The notes beneath the pieces are model-generated. The model ran no database searches and was not told the DNA's origin. It saw only the letters and a list, made by a program, of their open reading frames with translations. From positions 1,233 to 65,232 of the forward strand of contig JAMPFC010000004.1 in assembly GCA_023664685.1 (NCBI GenBank): a stretch of 64,000 nt of DNA, written 5' to 3'. The stretch comes from Roseburia sp. (GTDB lineage: Bacteria > Bacillota > Clostridia > Lachnospirales > Lachnospiraceae). Of the stretch, positions 9,324 through 18,290 are shown piece by piece. A program made the position numbers and the translations under genes. Within the stretch, counting starts at the first letter, position 1, and the number at the start of each line of letters is the position of its first letter.

Positions 9324-10291
9324 GTTATACCCCCATCAACAAGGTCGTCTCCTGCATCCATCTGAACGCCTTTTCCCATTATGAGAGTCTCAATCCCGGA
9401 GGACTCAAATGCTCTCTTCCCGATCGTACACCAATCCGGTATATATACATTTTTTAATGCCGGGGTGTTAGAAAATGCCCCTATTCCGAGCTTCACATTT
9501 TCCTTTCCAAAAGTTACCTCTTCCAAAAACGGACACTCACTAAACGCCCCATCTCCTACTATCTCTACCTGATCCAGATCAATCCTGTGTATGTAGGAAT
9601 CCTGAAATGCATACGGATAGATCCAAGTAATATTATCATTCAGACGAACCTCTTCGATCTCCGCTCTGAAAAATGCCCACTGTCCGATCGTTTGGACACT
9701 TTTTGGCACTACATAAGTCTCATCTGCTCCGTATGTCTCATCACAGAACCGGCATAGCTCCTTTCGGTCAGCGGTAAAAAGACTTCCCCGGTCGCTGACA
9801 TACTTTTTATTTGCATAATGAACATAGCTTGTCACCTTGATATCCAATGAATACAACGCTACCCATGTGATATATTTTCCGATATAAAGATGAATCCGTA
9901 CAACCTTACTAACATCCCCGATGATACTTAGACTAGTCACTACATATGTCTCACCATTACAGATCACTTTATCCGGAGGGCGCAGGACAATATCTCCCGG
10001 CGCATGATCAAAACAGCCACCTTCGTCTCCTAGATAGTATGACAACTTAATACGTGTGATCTCTGCCGTTTTTTTCGTATCATCAAAGTAATAGACAAAA
10101 CCTTTTTCATCCATCCATTCCTTTTTATCGCTCAGATACACCGGCAGAATAAGCTCGTCATCATCATACCATGTGTAATCAGACGAAACCGGTTCTGCCG
10201 CCTTTCCCTCTTTCGCCTCCGGACAAACCCCGGCACACAGAGCAAAGAGCAGGAACACCGCCACCCGTTTTTTTACATTTCCACTGAGCAA
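9302..10291 (-). CDS. N-terminal fragment: signal peptide plus BspA-type leucine-rich repeats (LRR_5)
   Basis: TTG start. Signal-like KKRVAVFLLFALCAGV. Repeats of the form V.IP.SV..IG..AF..C..L..V (GDGAFSECPFLEEVTF, IGAFSNTPALKNVYIP). Confidence 0.7.
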   Translation of the reverse strand: MLSGNVKKRVAVFLLFALCAGVCPEAKEGKAAEPVSSDYTWYDDDELILPVYLSDKKEWMDEKGFVYYFDDTKKTAEITRIKLSYYLGDEGGCFDHAPGDIVLRPPDKVICNGETYVVTSLSIIGDVSKVVRIHLYIGKYITWVALYSLDIKVTSYVHYANKKYVSDRGSLFTADRKELCRFCDETYGADETYVVPKSVQTIGQWAFFRAEIEEVRLNDNITWIYPYAFQDSYIHRIDLDQVEIVGDGAFSECPFLEEVTFGKENVKLGIGAFSNTPALKNVYIPDWCTIGKRAFESSGIETLIMGKGVQMDAGDDLVDGGITWESAII

Positions 10292-10309
10292 CCTCCACTC
10301 ATCTCCTTC

Positions 10310-11695
10310 TCACGCAAGCTCCAGTACATCCTCATATCCATACATTTCATCCTCCTGAAAACATTCTAACAGGATCATGTCAAATAAATATTTTTCATCC
10401 AACGGAGCCATATTACAGGCAATCATCGTAGCATTTGCCAGATCAGAGAAAAACTTCTGCGCATCTGCCCGGCAGTATGTTTTTCCCGCCTCTTTGCTCT
10501 CTTTTTGGTATTTCTGCTGTGCCACATATAGAATCATGGGAAGGAGATCCTCGCGCTTTACGATCAGGCGTCTTCTCTTTCCCTCTCTGTCAAATTCTTC
10601 CAGCCATTCCAATGCCTCTCCGGCATTTTTGATATGGACAGTCTTCCTGCTGCACTGCCGGATCACTTGAAGGATATCTTCCGGACACGGTTCTTTCGGC
10701 TCAAGCTCCATAAGCCTCCAGACCGCCTGTCTGGTATGCATCCGTATCTCATTTCTTTCTGGGATATGAAATAAATCGGATAGATGCTTCCCCGAAACTG
10801 CAAATAATTCCGATATCAATTTTGCATTCAACCCATTCTCCGAATAGGCAAGGTTCGTAAGTTCCAAAATACTTTTTCCAAGATGTTCGGGAATTTTTCT
10901 TTTCTTTAACTTTTGATCCCATTTTATATATCGTTTGATCTGTTCCCCTTCTTTTGCCTCGGAAGCATACGACCGTTTTTTCCGCCATGTGCTGTAACCT
11001 GTCTCGGACAAAAGCAGTTCAAGGCGTTTTTTTATATCCTCACGCATATATTCAACAATCTGTTCCCGGTACTTACACAAATAGTCCTGCGTCGTTTTGC
11101 TATACCCCTTAAAAATCCCGGCATGCTCCCACATCCAGTACATGAACTGCTCCTCCGGATATTGTTTCACCGACTCAAACTGGCGGAACAGCCACTGTGT
11201 TTTTGATTCCTGCTCGATTTTCTGGCATGTCTCAAGGCTTGCCTCATATTCCTGAACCATCTTTTCGTATTTTCGGTAATCCAAACCATTCTCCAGACAG
11301 TACATGGCGATCATTTCCGAATAGTCGTTGATCTGGAATGATGGCTCACGGATTCCCTGCATCAAATATTCTTCTGCCGGCTTTATCCCAAGCTTCAAAG
11401 AAAATGCGATCCGAAACACCTGCTCCCTCGAGGGCATACTGAAACTGCGGATTCCAAACCATTTACGGATCGTTGGCAGAGATGCCGGTTTTTCTCCCTG
11501 AATATTATGTAAAAACAAATGATATGCATTTTTCCGCACGCTTTCCTGCTCCTCCGCTTCCTGCGTCTTCGCCCCCTTCTCTAGTGTATACCCCATATGC
11601 CGGATGATAAAATGATCAAAACGCTCCGGCGATTTCTTTTTTAATTTTTTTTCGATAATATGGGAAAAACTTTGCTTTTTCGTATCCTGAACCAT
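10310..11695 (-). CDS. Hypothetical protein with a possible N-terminal helix-turn-helix; candidate regulator
   Basis: ORF-track frame 10310..11746. I prefer the start MVQDTKKQ at 11695 for two reasons. GAGGAGG lies 9 nt upstream of it. The predicted -10 (TATACT, 11749..11754) would place the TSS at or inside the longer ORF start. The segment SLPTIRKWFGIRSFSMPSREQVFRIAFSLKLGIKPAEEYL looks XRE-HTH-like. The rest is helical and unassigned. Confidence 0.6.
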   Translation of the reverse strand: MVQDTKKQSFSHIIEKKLKKKSPERFDHFIIRHMGYTLEKGAKTQEAEEQESVRKNAYHLFLHNIQGEKPASLPTIRKWFGIRSFSMPSREQVFRIAFSLKLGIKPAEEYLMQGIREPSFQINDYSEMIAMYCLENGLDYRKYEKMVQEYEASLETCQKIEQESKTQWLFRQFESVKQYPEEQFMYWMWEHAGIFKGYSKTTQDYLCKYREQIVEYMREDIKKRLELLLSETGYSTWRKKRSYASEAKEGEQIKRYIKWDQKLKKRKIPEHLGKSILELTNLAYSENGLNAKLISELFAVSGKHLSDLFHIPERNEIRMHTRQAVWRLMELEPKEPCPEDILQVIRQCSRKTVHIKNAGEALEWLEEFDREGKRRRLIVKREDLLPMILYVAQQKYQKESKEAGKTYCRADAQKFFSDLANATMIACNMAPLDEKYLFDMILLECFQEDEMYGYEDVLELA

Positions 11696-11768
11696 CAATC
11701 CGGCCCTCCTCTGTAATTTTCTGACAGCCCCCGCCATGCTCCCCATATAGTATACTTAAAAAAGGTCT

Positions 11769-11791
11769 GAAAAGTTTTCCGTTTCTTTCAC
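11769..11791 (-). promoter_or_regulatory. Copy B of the conserved island promoter motif (upstream of the 462-aa protein / LRR unit)
   Basis: + strand GAAAAGTTTTCCGTTTCTTTCAC; coding strand GTGAAAGAAACGGAAAACTTTTC. It lies 20 nt upstream of TATACT. Confidence 0.55.
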
Positions 11792-11803
11792 TTTTGGAAA
11801 TTT

Positions 11804-13552
11804 TTACCTGATCGTTCCGGCAAAATCTTCACCCTTTTTCGGATTCTTCTTATTTCCCTGTGCAGAAGCCGGCTTGACGGAAGGTGCAGACGTCGGCGCA
11901 GTCTGTCTCCCTTTACTCACAGTGATCGTTATCGTTGTACCTTTTGTCATCTTTTTCCCGGCACGGATATCCTGTGACACAACGGTTCCCTCTGCTTCCC
12001 CGCTCTCGATCCGCCGAATCTCACACCGAAATCCCTTTCCCTTTATTTTTTGCCTCGCCGCCTTTTCACTCATGCCGGTAAGTTTGGGTATCGTCTGCTT
12101 TTTTATCCCCCTGCTCACAACGAGCGTAAGCTCCACTTCCTCCCCCGCCGGAAGTTTCTCGCCTTTTGCCACACTCTGGGAAATGATCTTCCCCTTACTC
12201 ACATCTTCGGAATATTTCTTCTTCCAGTTTACCTTGATCCGTTCGCCATATCCGGCTAGTTTTTCCTCCGCCTCTTCCTGATCAAGCCCCTCCACCCCGG
12301 GCATTTCCATCTCTGTCGCCTCTTCGGGAACCAAAGTCTGATCTGTCGTCTCCGCCTGTGTCAAAGCCTGCCCCTCCGCTTGCATGGCGGACGCAGAAAC
12401 ACTCTCCGGCGAGTCCGCTCCCACAGATGTTATATTCGATACCTGTTCTGCTTTCGTATCTTTCTGTAAAAACTGCACAAGCCCAAAAATGCTTCCTGCT
12501 ACAGCAAAAAATAAAACCGCTGCCGCCAGTCCTTTTCGCCTCTTCCACTTCCTGCTGTGGCTCTGGTGTTCCCCTGCCTCAAACAAAGCTCCGTACAACT
12601 CCCCGATGTTCTGCCAGCGGTTTTTCGCCGCTACCGCCAAGCCTTTCATAAGGGCTTTTCGCTGTCTTGCCGGAATGTCCAAATCCTTCATGGTGACAAG
12701 GGATGGCATATCGTCTCCGAGCGCACGAATCACAGAGTCAACCGGCGCTGTCCCTGTCATCATAAAATAAATGGTCGCACAGATCGAGTACACATCGGTA
12801 TACGCTCCCCATTTTCCCTTATATCGGTACTGTTCCTCCGGAGAAAAACCGCGCTTAAACATAACCGTCATCGTCTTTGTATTATCAATGTTCCGCATTC
12901 TGGCGGCGCCAAAATCAATAAGAACCAAATTTCCATCTTTCTTTATCATCAGGTTATCCGGACTGATATCCCGGTGGACGATCCCCGTATTATGTACCTG
13001 CTCCAGAGCCAGAAGAACAGGACGGATTTTTTCCAATACTTCTCCGGCACGCATTTTTCCATTTTTGTATATATGCTCCTTCACGCTGATTCCATCAATG
13101 TACTGCATGACAAGATAGGCGGTATTGTTTGCATAAAAAAAATCCCGGACAGAAACGATCCCTTCTACCTGATTAAAACGCGACAGGCACCTCGCCTCAC
13201 CCAGAAATTTTTTCAAATAATTATGATAATCGCCCTTTTTCCCACTCTCATACAGATATACGCTGTTGTCCGAACCGCAGATGACGTCCCGGCTGACCAT
13301 ATCGCTCGGAAAATATTCCTTGATCGCCACAGGGATATCCATATACTTGTCCCACCCCATATAAGTGATCCCAAAGCTCCCCTCGCCAAGCACCTTTCCC
13401 GTCACATACCGCTCGGCAAGCTCTGTCCCCGGCATAAGACAGCGCGGAATCGGGCTGTACTCCTCTTGTTTCAGCCCACAAAAAGAACAGCCGCCTTCCT
13501 GATCCAGCGGCCGCATACACCCGATGCATAGATTGTGACCATTGATGTACAT
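11804..13552 (-). CDS. Hanks-type Ser/Thr protein kinase with N-terminal zinc-ribbon, one TM segment and two C-terminal PASTA domains
   Basis: N-terminal CIGCMRPLDQEGGCSFCG. Kinase motifs: GEGSFGITY, VAIKEY, HRDISPDN, DFG, SPEE. TM: LAAAVLFFAVAGSIFGLV. PASTA-like blocks: MPGVEGLDQEEAEEKL...LTLVVSRG and IPKLTGMSEKAARQKI...ITITVSKG. Confidence 0.85.
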   Translation of the reverse strand: MYINGHNLCIGCMRPLDQEGGCSFCGLKQEEYSPIPRCLMPGTELAERYVTGKVLGEGSFGITYMGWDKYMDIPVAIKEYFPSDMVSRDVICGSDNSVYLYESGKKGDYHNYLKKFLGEARCLSRFNQVEGIVSVRDFFYANNTAYLVMQYIDGISVKEHIYKNGKMRAGEVLEKIRPVLLALEQVHNTGIVHRDISPDNLMIKKDGNLVLIDFGAARMRNIDNTKTMTVMFKRGFSPEEQYRYKGKWGAYTDVYSICATIYFMMTGTAPVDSVIRALGDDMPSLVTMKDLDIPARQRKALMKGLAVAAKNRWQNIGELYGALFEAGEHQSHSRKWKRRKGLAAAVLFFAVAGSIFGLVQFLQKDTKAEQVSNITSVGADSPESVSASAMQAEGQALTQAETTDQTLVPEEATEMEMPGVEGLDQEEAEEKLAGYGERIKVNWKKKYSEDVSKGKIISQSVAKGEKLPAGEEVELTLVVSRGIKKQTIPKLTGMSEKAARQKIKGKGFRCEIRRIESGEAEGTVVSQDIRAGKKMTKGTTITITVSKGRQTAPTSAPSVKPASAQGNKKNPKKGEDFAGTIR

Positions 13553-13742
13553 GAGAAAATTCCTCGTCTCAAAATTATTCTACTAATTATGATACAACAG
13601 AATACTTAATTTTTCTACTACTATTTTTTCTAAATCACGGAAATCTATTTTCCCGCATAAAATAACTATTGATGCTTTCGCTTTTTTCGGCTATAATATG
13701 AATATATCAAATTTTAGCCGAATTTTTAGGAGGGGCTGTTTT

Positions 13743-14972
13743 ATGGCATATATGACAAGACACATTGAAACCCGGGTATTGGAATTAAGCAAATCTTGGC
13801 CCGCTATTTTGCTCACTGGCCCGCGGCAGGCGGGAAAAACAACGATGCTGCAAAAACTTGCCAATCAGGAAAATATTGAACGAAAATATGTCACTTTGGA
13901 TGATCTGACTCTGCGGGATCTGGCGAAAAACGATCCAAAAATGTTTTTACAGATTTACGCTCCGCCGATACTGATCGATGAAATCCAATATGCACCGGAA
14001 TTATTTGCATATATCAAAATGCATATCGACAAATTCCACAACCCCGGCGATTTCTGGCTTACCGGCTCCCAAATTTTCCGACTGATGCAGGGCATACAGG
14101 AATCTCTCGCCGGACGGGTGGCACTCCTGCATCTGTCCCCCCTGTCCCAACGGGAAATAACAGGCGCAGAGGGGATTCCTTTCAACACAAATTTTGATGT
14201 CCTGAGCGCCCAAGCTCCCAAAATAGCTCCCGTGACTACGCCGGAACTATTTGAACGCCTTTGGTATGGCTGCATGCCCGGTCTTTTAAGCGGCCAGTAT
14301 CAAGACCGCAACATTTACTATTCCTCTTATTTGACTACCTATATCGAACGGGATATCCGGGAACTTTCCGGCACGATAGACTCACTAAAATTTATGCATT
14401 TTATCACCGCTGTTGCCGCAAGGACTTCGCAGTTAGTCAATTATAAAGCAATAGCGGATGATGCAGATATCGACCAAGTCACTGCCAAAGCGTGGCTCAC
14501 AATATTAGAAACATTGGGGATTGTTTTTCTGTTGCATCCCTTTTCCAACAATGTACTTAAACGTACAATTAAAACGCCAAAATTATACTTTTATGATACT
14601 GGTCTTGTCTGCTATCTCACCCGGTGGTCATCACCAAAAACCGCTGAGAACGGTGCCATGAATGGGGCATTGCTTGAAAACTTTACCGTATCGGAAATTA
14701 TCAAAAGTTACCAAAACGCCGGTCTTGAACCATTTATTCACTATTACCGCGATAAAGATTCCAAAGAAATTGATGTCATTCTGGAACAGGATGGTAAACT
14801 CTGCCCACTGGAAATCAAAAAGACTGCCATGCCGGACAAACGCCTTGTACGCACATTTCATGTGATCAATAAATCCCCACTAGAACTCGGAACAAGCGCT
14901 GTCCTTTGCATGACAGATACTTTAGGTGCTTTTGACAGCCAGAATTTGATCGTGCCGATCTGGATGATATGA
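13743..14972 (+). CDS. AAA-family ATPase with DUF4143 domain (more divergent third copy)
   Basis: I start it at MAYMTRHIE, with AGGAGGGG 8 nt upstream; the ORF track starts at 13698. Walker A GPRQAGKTT, Walker B ILIDEIQ, C-terminal KEIDVILE. A sigma-A-like promoter TTGATG-17-TATAAT sits at 13669..13697. Confidence 0.8.
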   Translation: MAYMTRHIETRVLELSKSWPAILLTGPRQAGKTTMLQKLANQENIERKYVTLDDLTLRDLAKNDPKMFLQIYAPPILIDEIQYAPELFAYIKMHIDKFHNPGDFWLTGSQIFRLMQGIQESLAGRVALLHLSPLSQREITGAEGIPFNTNFDVLSAQAPKIAPVTTPELFERLWYGCMPGLLSGQYQDRNIYYSSYLTTYIERDIRELSGTIDSLKFMHFITAVAARTSQLVNYKAIADDADIDQVTAKAWLTILETLGIVFLLHPFSNNVLKRTIKTPKLYFYDTGLVCYLTRWSSPKTAENGAMNGALLENFTVSEIIKSYQNAGLEPFIHYYRDKDSKEIDVILEQDGKLCPLEIKKTAMPDKRLVRTFHVINKSPLELGTSAVLCMTDTLGAFDSQNLIVPIWMI

Positions 14973-14986
14973 AAATATTACTTTAT

Positions 14987-16651
14987 TTATTTCTTAATTT
15001 TAATCTTTTTTATGGCACTCCACTCACCGGCAACATATCCACGTCCGGCAACATACTTCCATGCACGCACTCTGACATAATATGTTTTTTTCTTTTTCAG
15101 AGAATATTTGGTGTACTTTGTGTCATATACCTTAATACCCTTGTTTCCTTTCGTAAACTTGCGGTTCAATGCGACTTGCACACTATAATATCCTGCCCCG
15201 TTTACTTTTTTCCAAGAGCATTTTATTTTGCGCCCCTTTTGATTTTTCACCGTAACTCCCTGAACTTTAGGAACGATAACGGACAAAGGCATGCTATCGG
15301 AATTGATATTTGTTCCGGATGCAGTTGTTTTGGGTGATTGAGATGAAGACGACGATGGCAATGGAGATGCCGGCGTCGCTGTTTCTGATGGCTGTTCGCT
15401 CGTATTTCCTCCCTCGGTAGTTCCTGATACGGGTTTTTCATCCTCTGCCTCCAACACTACATCATCGGCAGCTATTGATGCAACATTTCCCGCTTTATCC
15501 CATGCATAAATATGCGTGCGGTAAACGCCTATTTCATTATTATGATCGGAACGTTTTACATAAAATGTGTAAGTATCTCCATCCTGCGTACCGGTATAAG
15601 ATGGATTTGTCTGCCAGTCATCCGCCAGATCATCTTGGTCATTTTCCAGTGTCCATGTCGGAAACTGCACCCGGTCAACCTTAAAATTATCCGTCGCCCG
15701 ACAGCTTACCATATAACCATCCTGTCCCACATTGTACACCTTTACATCCGTTATCGCCGGCTTTTCCGAATCCACACAGGTAAAGCTACCCACAGAACTC
15801 AACACATTCGCCCCATCCACTCCCGCAAACATTTCAAATGTATACGTCTCGCCACACCGCAGGCCGCCCGGAAGCGCCTCCGCCACAATATTAAGCCGCT
15901 GTTCCACATACGAAGTGTTAAGCCCGCACCCCTCTGTATGGTCAACAACCAGATTTCCGGCAGAATCCCACACATGCACGCCGACTCCTGATATTGTGCG
16001 GCGATTTGGATTTTCAATCCTTCCATACAATCCGGCATTCCAGTTGTCGACGAACTCAACGGAGATATTGCTATAATAGACCGACCCCTGTGATGGCTGG
16101 GTAGTCCCGCCACTTGAGGGCAGATAAACATATCCCAAAAAACCTGAGTTTAATGAAGTTAACCTCGCTGTATCTACTTCTCTTATGACACAGTAACCAT
16201 GACTGGCATCACTATAATAAGTACTCCCGCCTTCGCTTATATATGCTGTCGACCCCGACACCTTTTCCAAAATTGCAACATGCCCAGACCAACAAACGAT
16301 TGCCGGCGCCTGCAATGTACTTCCTTTGGAAAAACCCAAATTTGCTCCTGCCGAATTGTACCAAGAAGTCCCCGAATATATCATATTGCCCTTTCCAGTC
16401 AGTTGTTTTACCCTCGCAGACGCAAACCATGCACATCCCGCTGTCCCATATGCGTATTGGCCCCAATTAGAAATATTGGCAAAATCCGTATAAGGGGAAG
16501 CATTGATATCAATCGATATTCCGCCAGTTCCATTTGCTTTGATTCCATTTGCTGCGGCTGCCGATACATCAATGGCATAATTATAAATTGTCGTTACACA
16601 TAGTATGCTTAATATAAGCATGATGAATAATGATTTCCTTACTGTTTTCAT
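14987..16651 (-). CDS. Secreted peptidoglycan hydrolase: signal peptide, CHAP domain, GBS Bsp-like repeat, Ser/Pro linker, lysine-rich Fn3-like module
   Basis: Signal: MKTVRKSLFIMLILSILCVTTIYNYAIDVSA. CHAP: Cys context GTAGCAWFASARV and His context GHVAILEKV. Bsp-like repeat: VQFPTWTLENDQDDL..W...G..YTFYV....H....G.Y..HIYAWDKAGN. C-terminal module: VTVKNQKGRKIKCSWKKVNGAGYYSVQV...TYYVRVRAW. Confidence 0.85.
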   Translation of the reverse strand: MKTVRKSLFIMLILSILCVTTIYNYAIDVSAAAANGIKANGTGGISIDINASPYTDFANISNWGQYAYGTAGCAWFASARVKQLTGKGNMIYSGTSWYNSAGANLGFSKGSTLQAPAIVCWSGHVAILEKVSGSTAYISEGGSTYYSDASHGYCVIREVDTARLTSLNSGFLGYVYLPSSGGTTQPSQGSVYYSNISVEFVDNWNAGLYGRIENPNRRTISGVGVHVWDSAGNLVVDHTEGCGLNTSYVEQRLNIVAEALPGGLRCGETYTFEMFAGVDGANVLSSVGSFTCVDSEKPAITDVKVYNVGQDGYMVSCRATDNFKVDRVQFPTWTLENDQDDLADDWQTNPSYTGTQDGDTYTFYVKRSDHNNEIGVYRTHIYAWDKAGNVASIAADDVVLEAEDEKPVSGTTEGGNTSEQPSETATPASPLPSSSSSQSPKTTASGTNINSDSMPLSVIVPKVQGVTVKNQKGRKIKCSWKKVNGAGYYSVQVALNRKFTKGNKGIKVYDTKYTKYSLKKKKTYYVRVRAWKYVAGRGYVAGEWSAIKKIKIKK

Positions 16652-16712
16652 TTGTCTTACCCTCCATTTTATTTGTTACTGTTTTACATCATAATACCAC
16701 AACTTATATCCC

Positions 16713-16734
16713 GAAAATTTTCCGTTTTTTTCAC
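16713..16734 (-). promoter_or_regulatory. Copy C of the conserved island promoter motif (upstream of the CHAP hydrolase gene)
   Basis: + strand GAAAATTTTCCGTTTTTTTCAC; coding strand GTGAAAAAAACGGAAAATTTTC. It lies 21 nt upstream of the extended -10 TGgTATTAT (hexamer at 16691..16696). Confidence 0.55.
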
Positions 16735-16774
16735 TCTAATCAATCATAGTTAGTGTTATTAAGTTAAAAAAGGA

Positions 16775-18289
16775 TTACCATTCCGCACAAATTGTACCTA
16801 CATCATAATTGCTTACTTCAGGCACATTAATTGTTGTGTAAGATATGATTTCATTCCCCTGCTCGTCCTCTGACTGCAACAAAACATAATAATCCCCCGG
16901 AGTTACTAATACTTCAAATGTCATATCATCATTTATAAGGTTATACTCATCATATTCTTCCGATGTCGGCCAAGCTAATCTCCTCAGGTAAATACTTATA
17001 TATGAACCATCCGAACGCTCCTGTCCACTTACTGAAACTTCTGTAATATTTCCTGTGACACATACATACTCCTGTTCGCCTGTCTCTTCTAATTCAGATA
17101 CATCCTCCAGATATACGCCTTCCTCTGAAAATAAGTCTCCTATCATCATATATAACCCCACTGCCAAATAATAAACAACTGCACTAACCAAAAAAGCAAA
17201 CATACATCTGGACCACCATTTGGCGCAAATAATTTTCCACATCCTTATTTTGTCTGGCTTTTTACTTTTCATATTCCTTGCCTGAAAGGCATCCTGCCCA
17301 AACGCCGCTACTGTCCGCTCTTCTTTGTATGTGTCTTCCTTGATTACATCATTTGATGTACTTTCCGCAAAATCTGACATCGTGTCATTTACTAACAAAT
17401 TCAACTCCTTCTTCATTTCGGCCGCAGAGTTAAAGCGTTCAGAAGCGTTAAAAGCACATGCCTTTTGTATGATCTGAAATAATTTTTTATTTACTCCGGC
17501 AATCTCCGGTACTGCTTCTCCTGATAAACGCTTTTGCATTGCCTTTTCAGTATCATCATATCGGAGCGGCTGTGGAACGGATGGCATAAATGGGAACCGT
17601 CCTTTATTTAAGAGACGGTACAACATAATACCCAACGAATAAATATCTACTGTATTTCCATATACCTCCCCACGGTAAATTTCCGGTGCCATATACATAT
17701 TAGTTCCCTTTTGAGACATTGCAGAAACAGTCTTTTCCAGTTGCCTAGCAATACCAAAGTCTCCTAATTTATATGTCCCAAATGCATTAATAAAAACATT
17801 GTCAACCTTAACATCCCGATGAATAATATGTCTCTTCTCGCAGCTTTCCAACGCACTACAAATGTCAATGCCCAACTGCACTACATCTTTTTCCGCCATT
17901 GCATGATGCTCCAGATAGCTACTCAGGTTTTGTAATAACTCCATCCGAATTAAGATCGTCCACCCAAATCCATCACTTTTTTCCACTACCTCGTAGTCTT
18001 CAATCGCAACAATACTATCTGCCGTTTTTAAAGATTCCATCACCTTGATTTCACTCATCAGGTTCTTAACCAAATCTTTGTAATATGTATGGATTGAGGA
18101 ATGATCCATTCCGGAAGTCATGAGATTTCTTACCTCCGATATTTCTTGAGGAATTTGAATCACCTTCACCGCTGCATACGACACATAGCCCATTTTTTCT
18201 CTGCACACTTTATATACTTTTCCAAAAGAACCAGTACCCAACAACTCCTCTACTGACCATTCCGGCCAAATTTTATTGATTATATCCAT
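16775..18289 (-). CDS. Membrane Hanks-type Ser/Thr kinase K2 (kinase domain, one TM, ~120-aa C-terminal ectodomain); last gene of the T7SS array
   Basis: Kinase motifs: GTGSFGKVYK, AAVKVI, HRDVKVDNVF, LGDFGIA, MYMAPE. TM: CMFAFLVSAVVYYLAVGLYMMIG. The N-terminal ~300 aa are clearly paralogous to K1 (19855..22152). The start lies 1 nt after the PP2C stop. Confidence 0.85.
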   Translation of the reverse strand: MDIINKIWPEWSVEELLGTGSFGKVYKVCREKMGYVSYAAVKVIQIPQEISEVRNLMTSGMDHSSIHTYYKDLVKNLMSEIKVMESLKTADSIVAIEDYEVVEKSDGFGWTILIRMELLQNLSSYLEHHAMAEKDVVQLGIDICSALESCEKRHIIHRDVKVDNVFINAFGTYKLGDFGIARQLEKTVSAMSQKGTNMYMAPEIYRGEVYGNTVDIYSLGIMLYRLLNKGRFPFMPSVPQPLRYDDTEKAMQKRLSGEAVPEIAGVNKKLFQIIQKACAFNASERFNSAAEMKKELNLLVNDTMSDFAESTSNDVIKEDTYKEERTVAAFGQDAFQARNMKSKKPDKIRMWKIICAKWWSRCMFAFLVSAVVYYLAVGLYMMIGDLFSEEGVYLEDVSELEETGEQEYVCVTGNITEVSVSGQERSDGSYISIYLRRLAWPTSEEYDEYNLINDDMTFEVLVTPGDYYVLLQSEDEQGNEIISYTTINVPEVSNYDVGTICAEW

Positions 18290-18290
18290 T

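Larger units (their letters stand above)
7377..10291 (-). pseudogene. One LRR_5 (BspA-type)/Fn3 surface protein split into two ORFs by a frameshift at a G5 tract (true pseudogene, phase-variable gene or sequencing error)
   Basis: ORFs 9302..10291 and 7377..9323 overlap by 22 nt. On the coding strand GAT GGG GGT ATA ACA TGG reads through a run of 5 G (C5 at 9330..9334 on the + strand). Adding one G gives ...DGGYNMGECHNLKTVVL, which joins the two frames and restores the LRR periodicity. Confidence 0.45.

Noticed and set aside
12557-13531. A 324-aa + strand ORF, plus 12384..12770, 12771..13118 and others, lying inside the PASTA kinase gene
   Set aside because: It is antisense to a gene with unmistakable kinase motifs. 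Its product is low-complexity and Arg/His/Pro-rich, with no RBS or recognisable motif. This is a typical shadow ORF.
13621-13660. A possible fifth copy of the island promoter motif (CACGGAAATCTATTTTCCCG) in the divergent region between the PASTA kinase and the AAA ATPase genes
   Set aside because: Only the ACGGAAA and TTTTC fragments match. The GTGAAAAAAA part is missing. The spacing to the nearest -10 (48 nt) differs from the other copies. A normal TTGATG-17-TATAAT promoter explains transcription of the ATPase gene.
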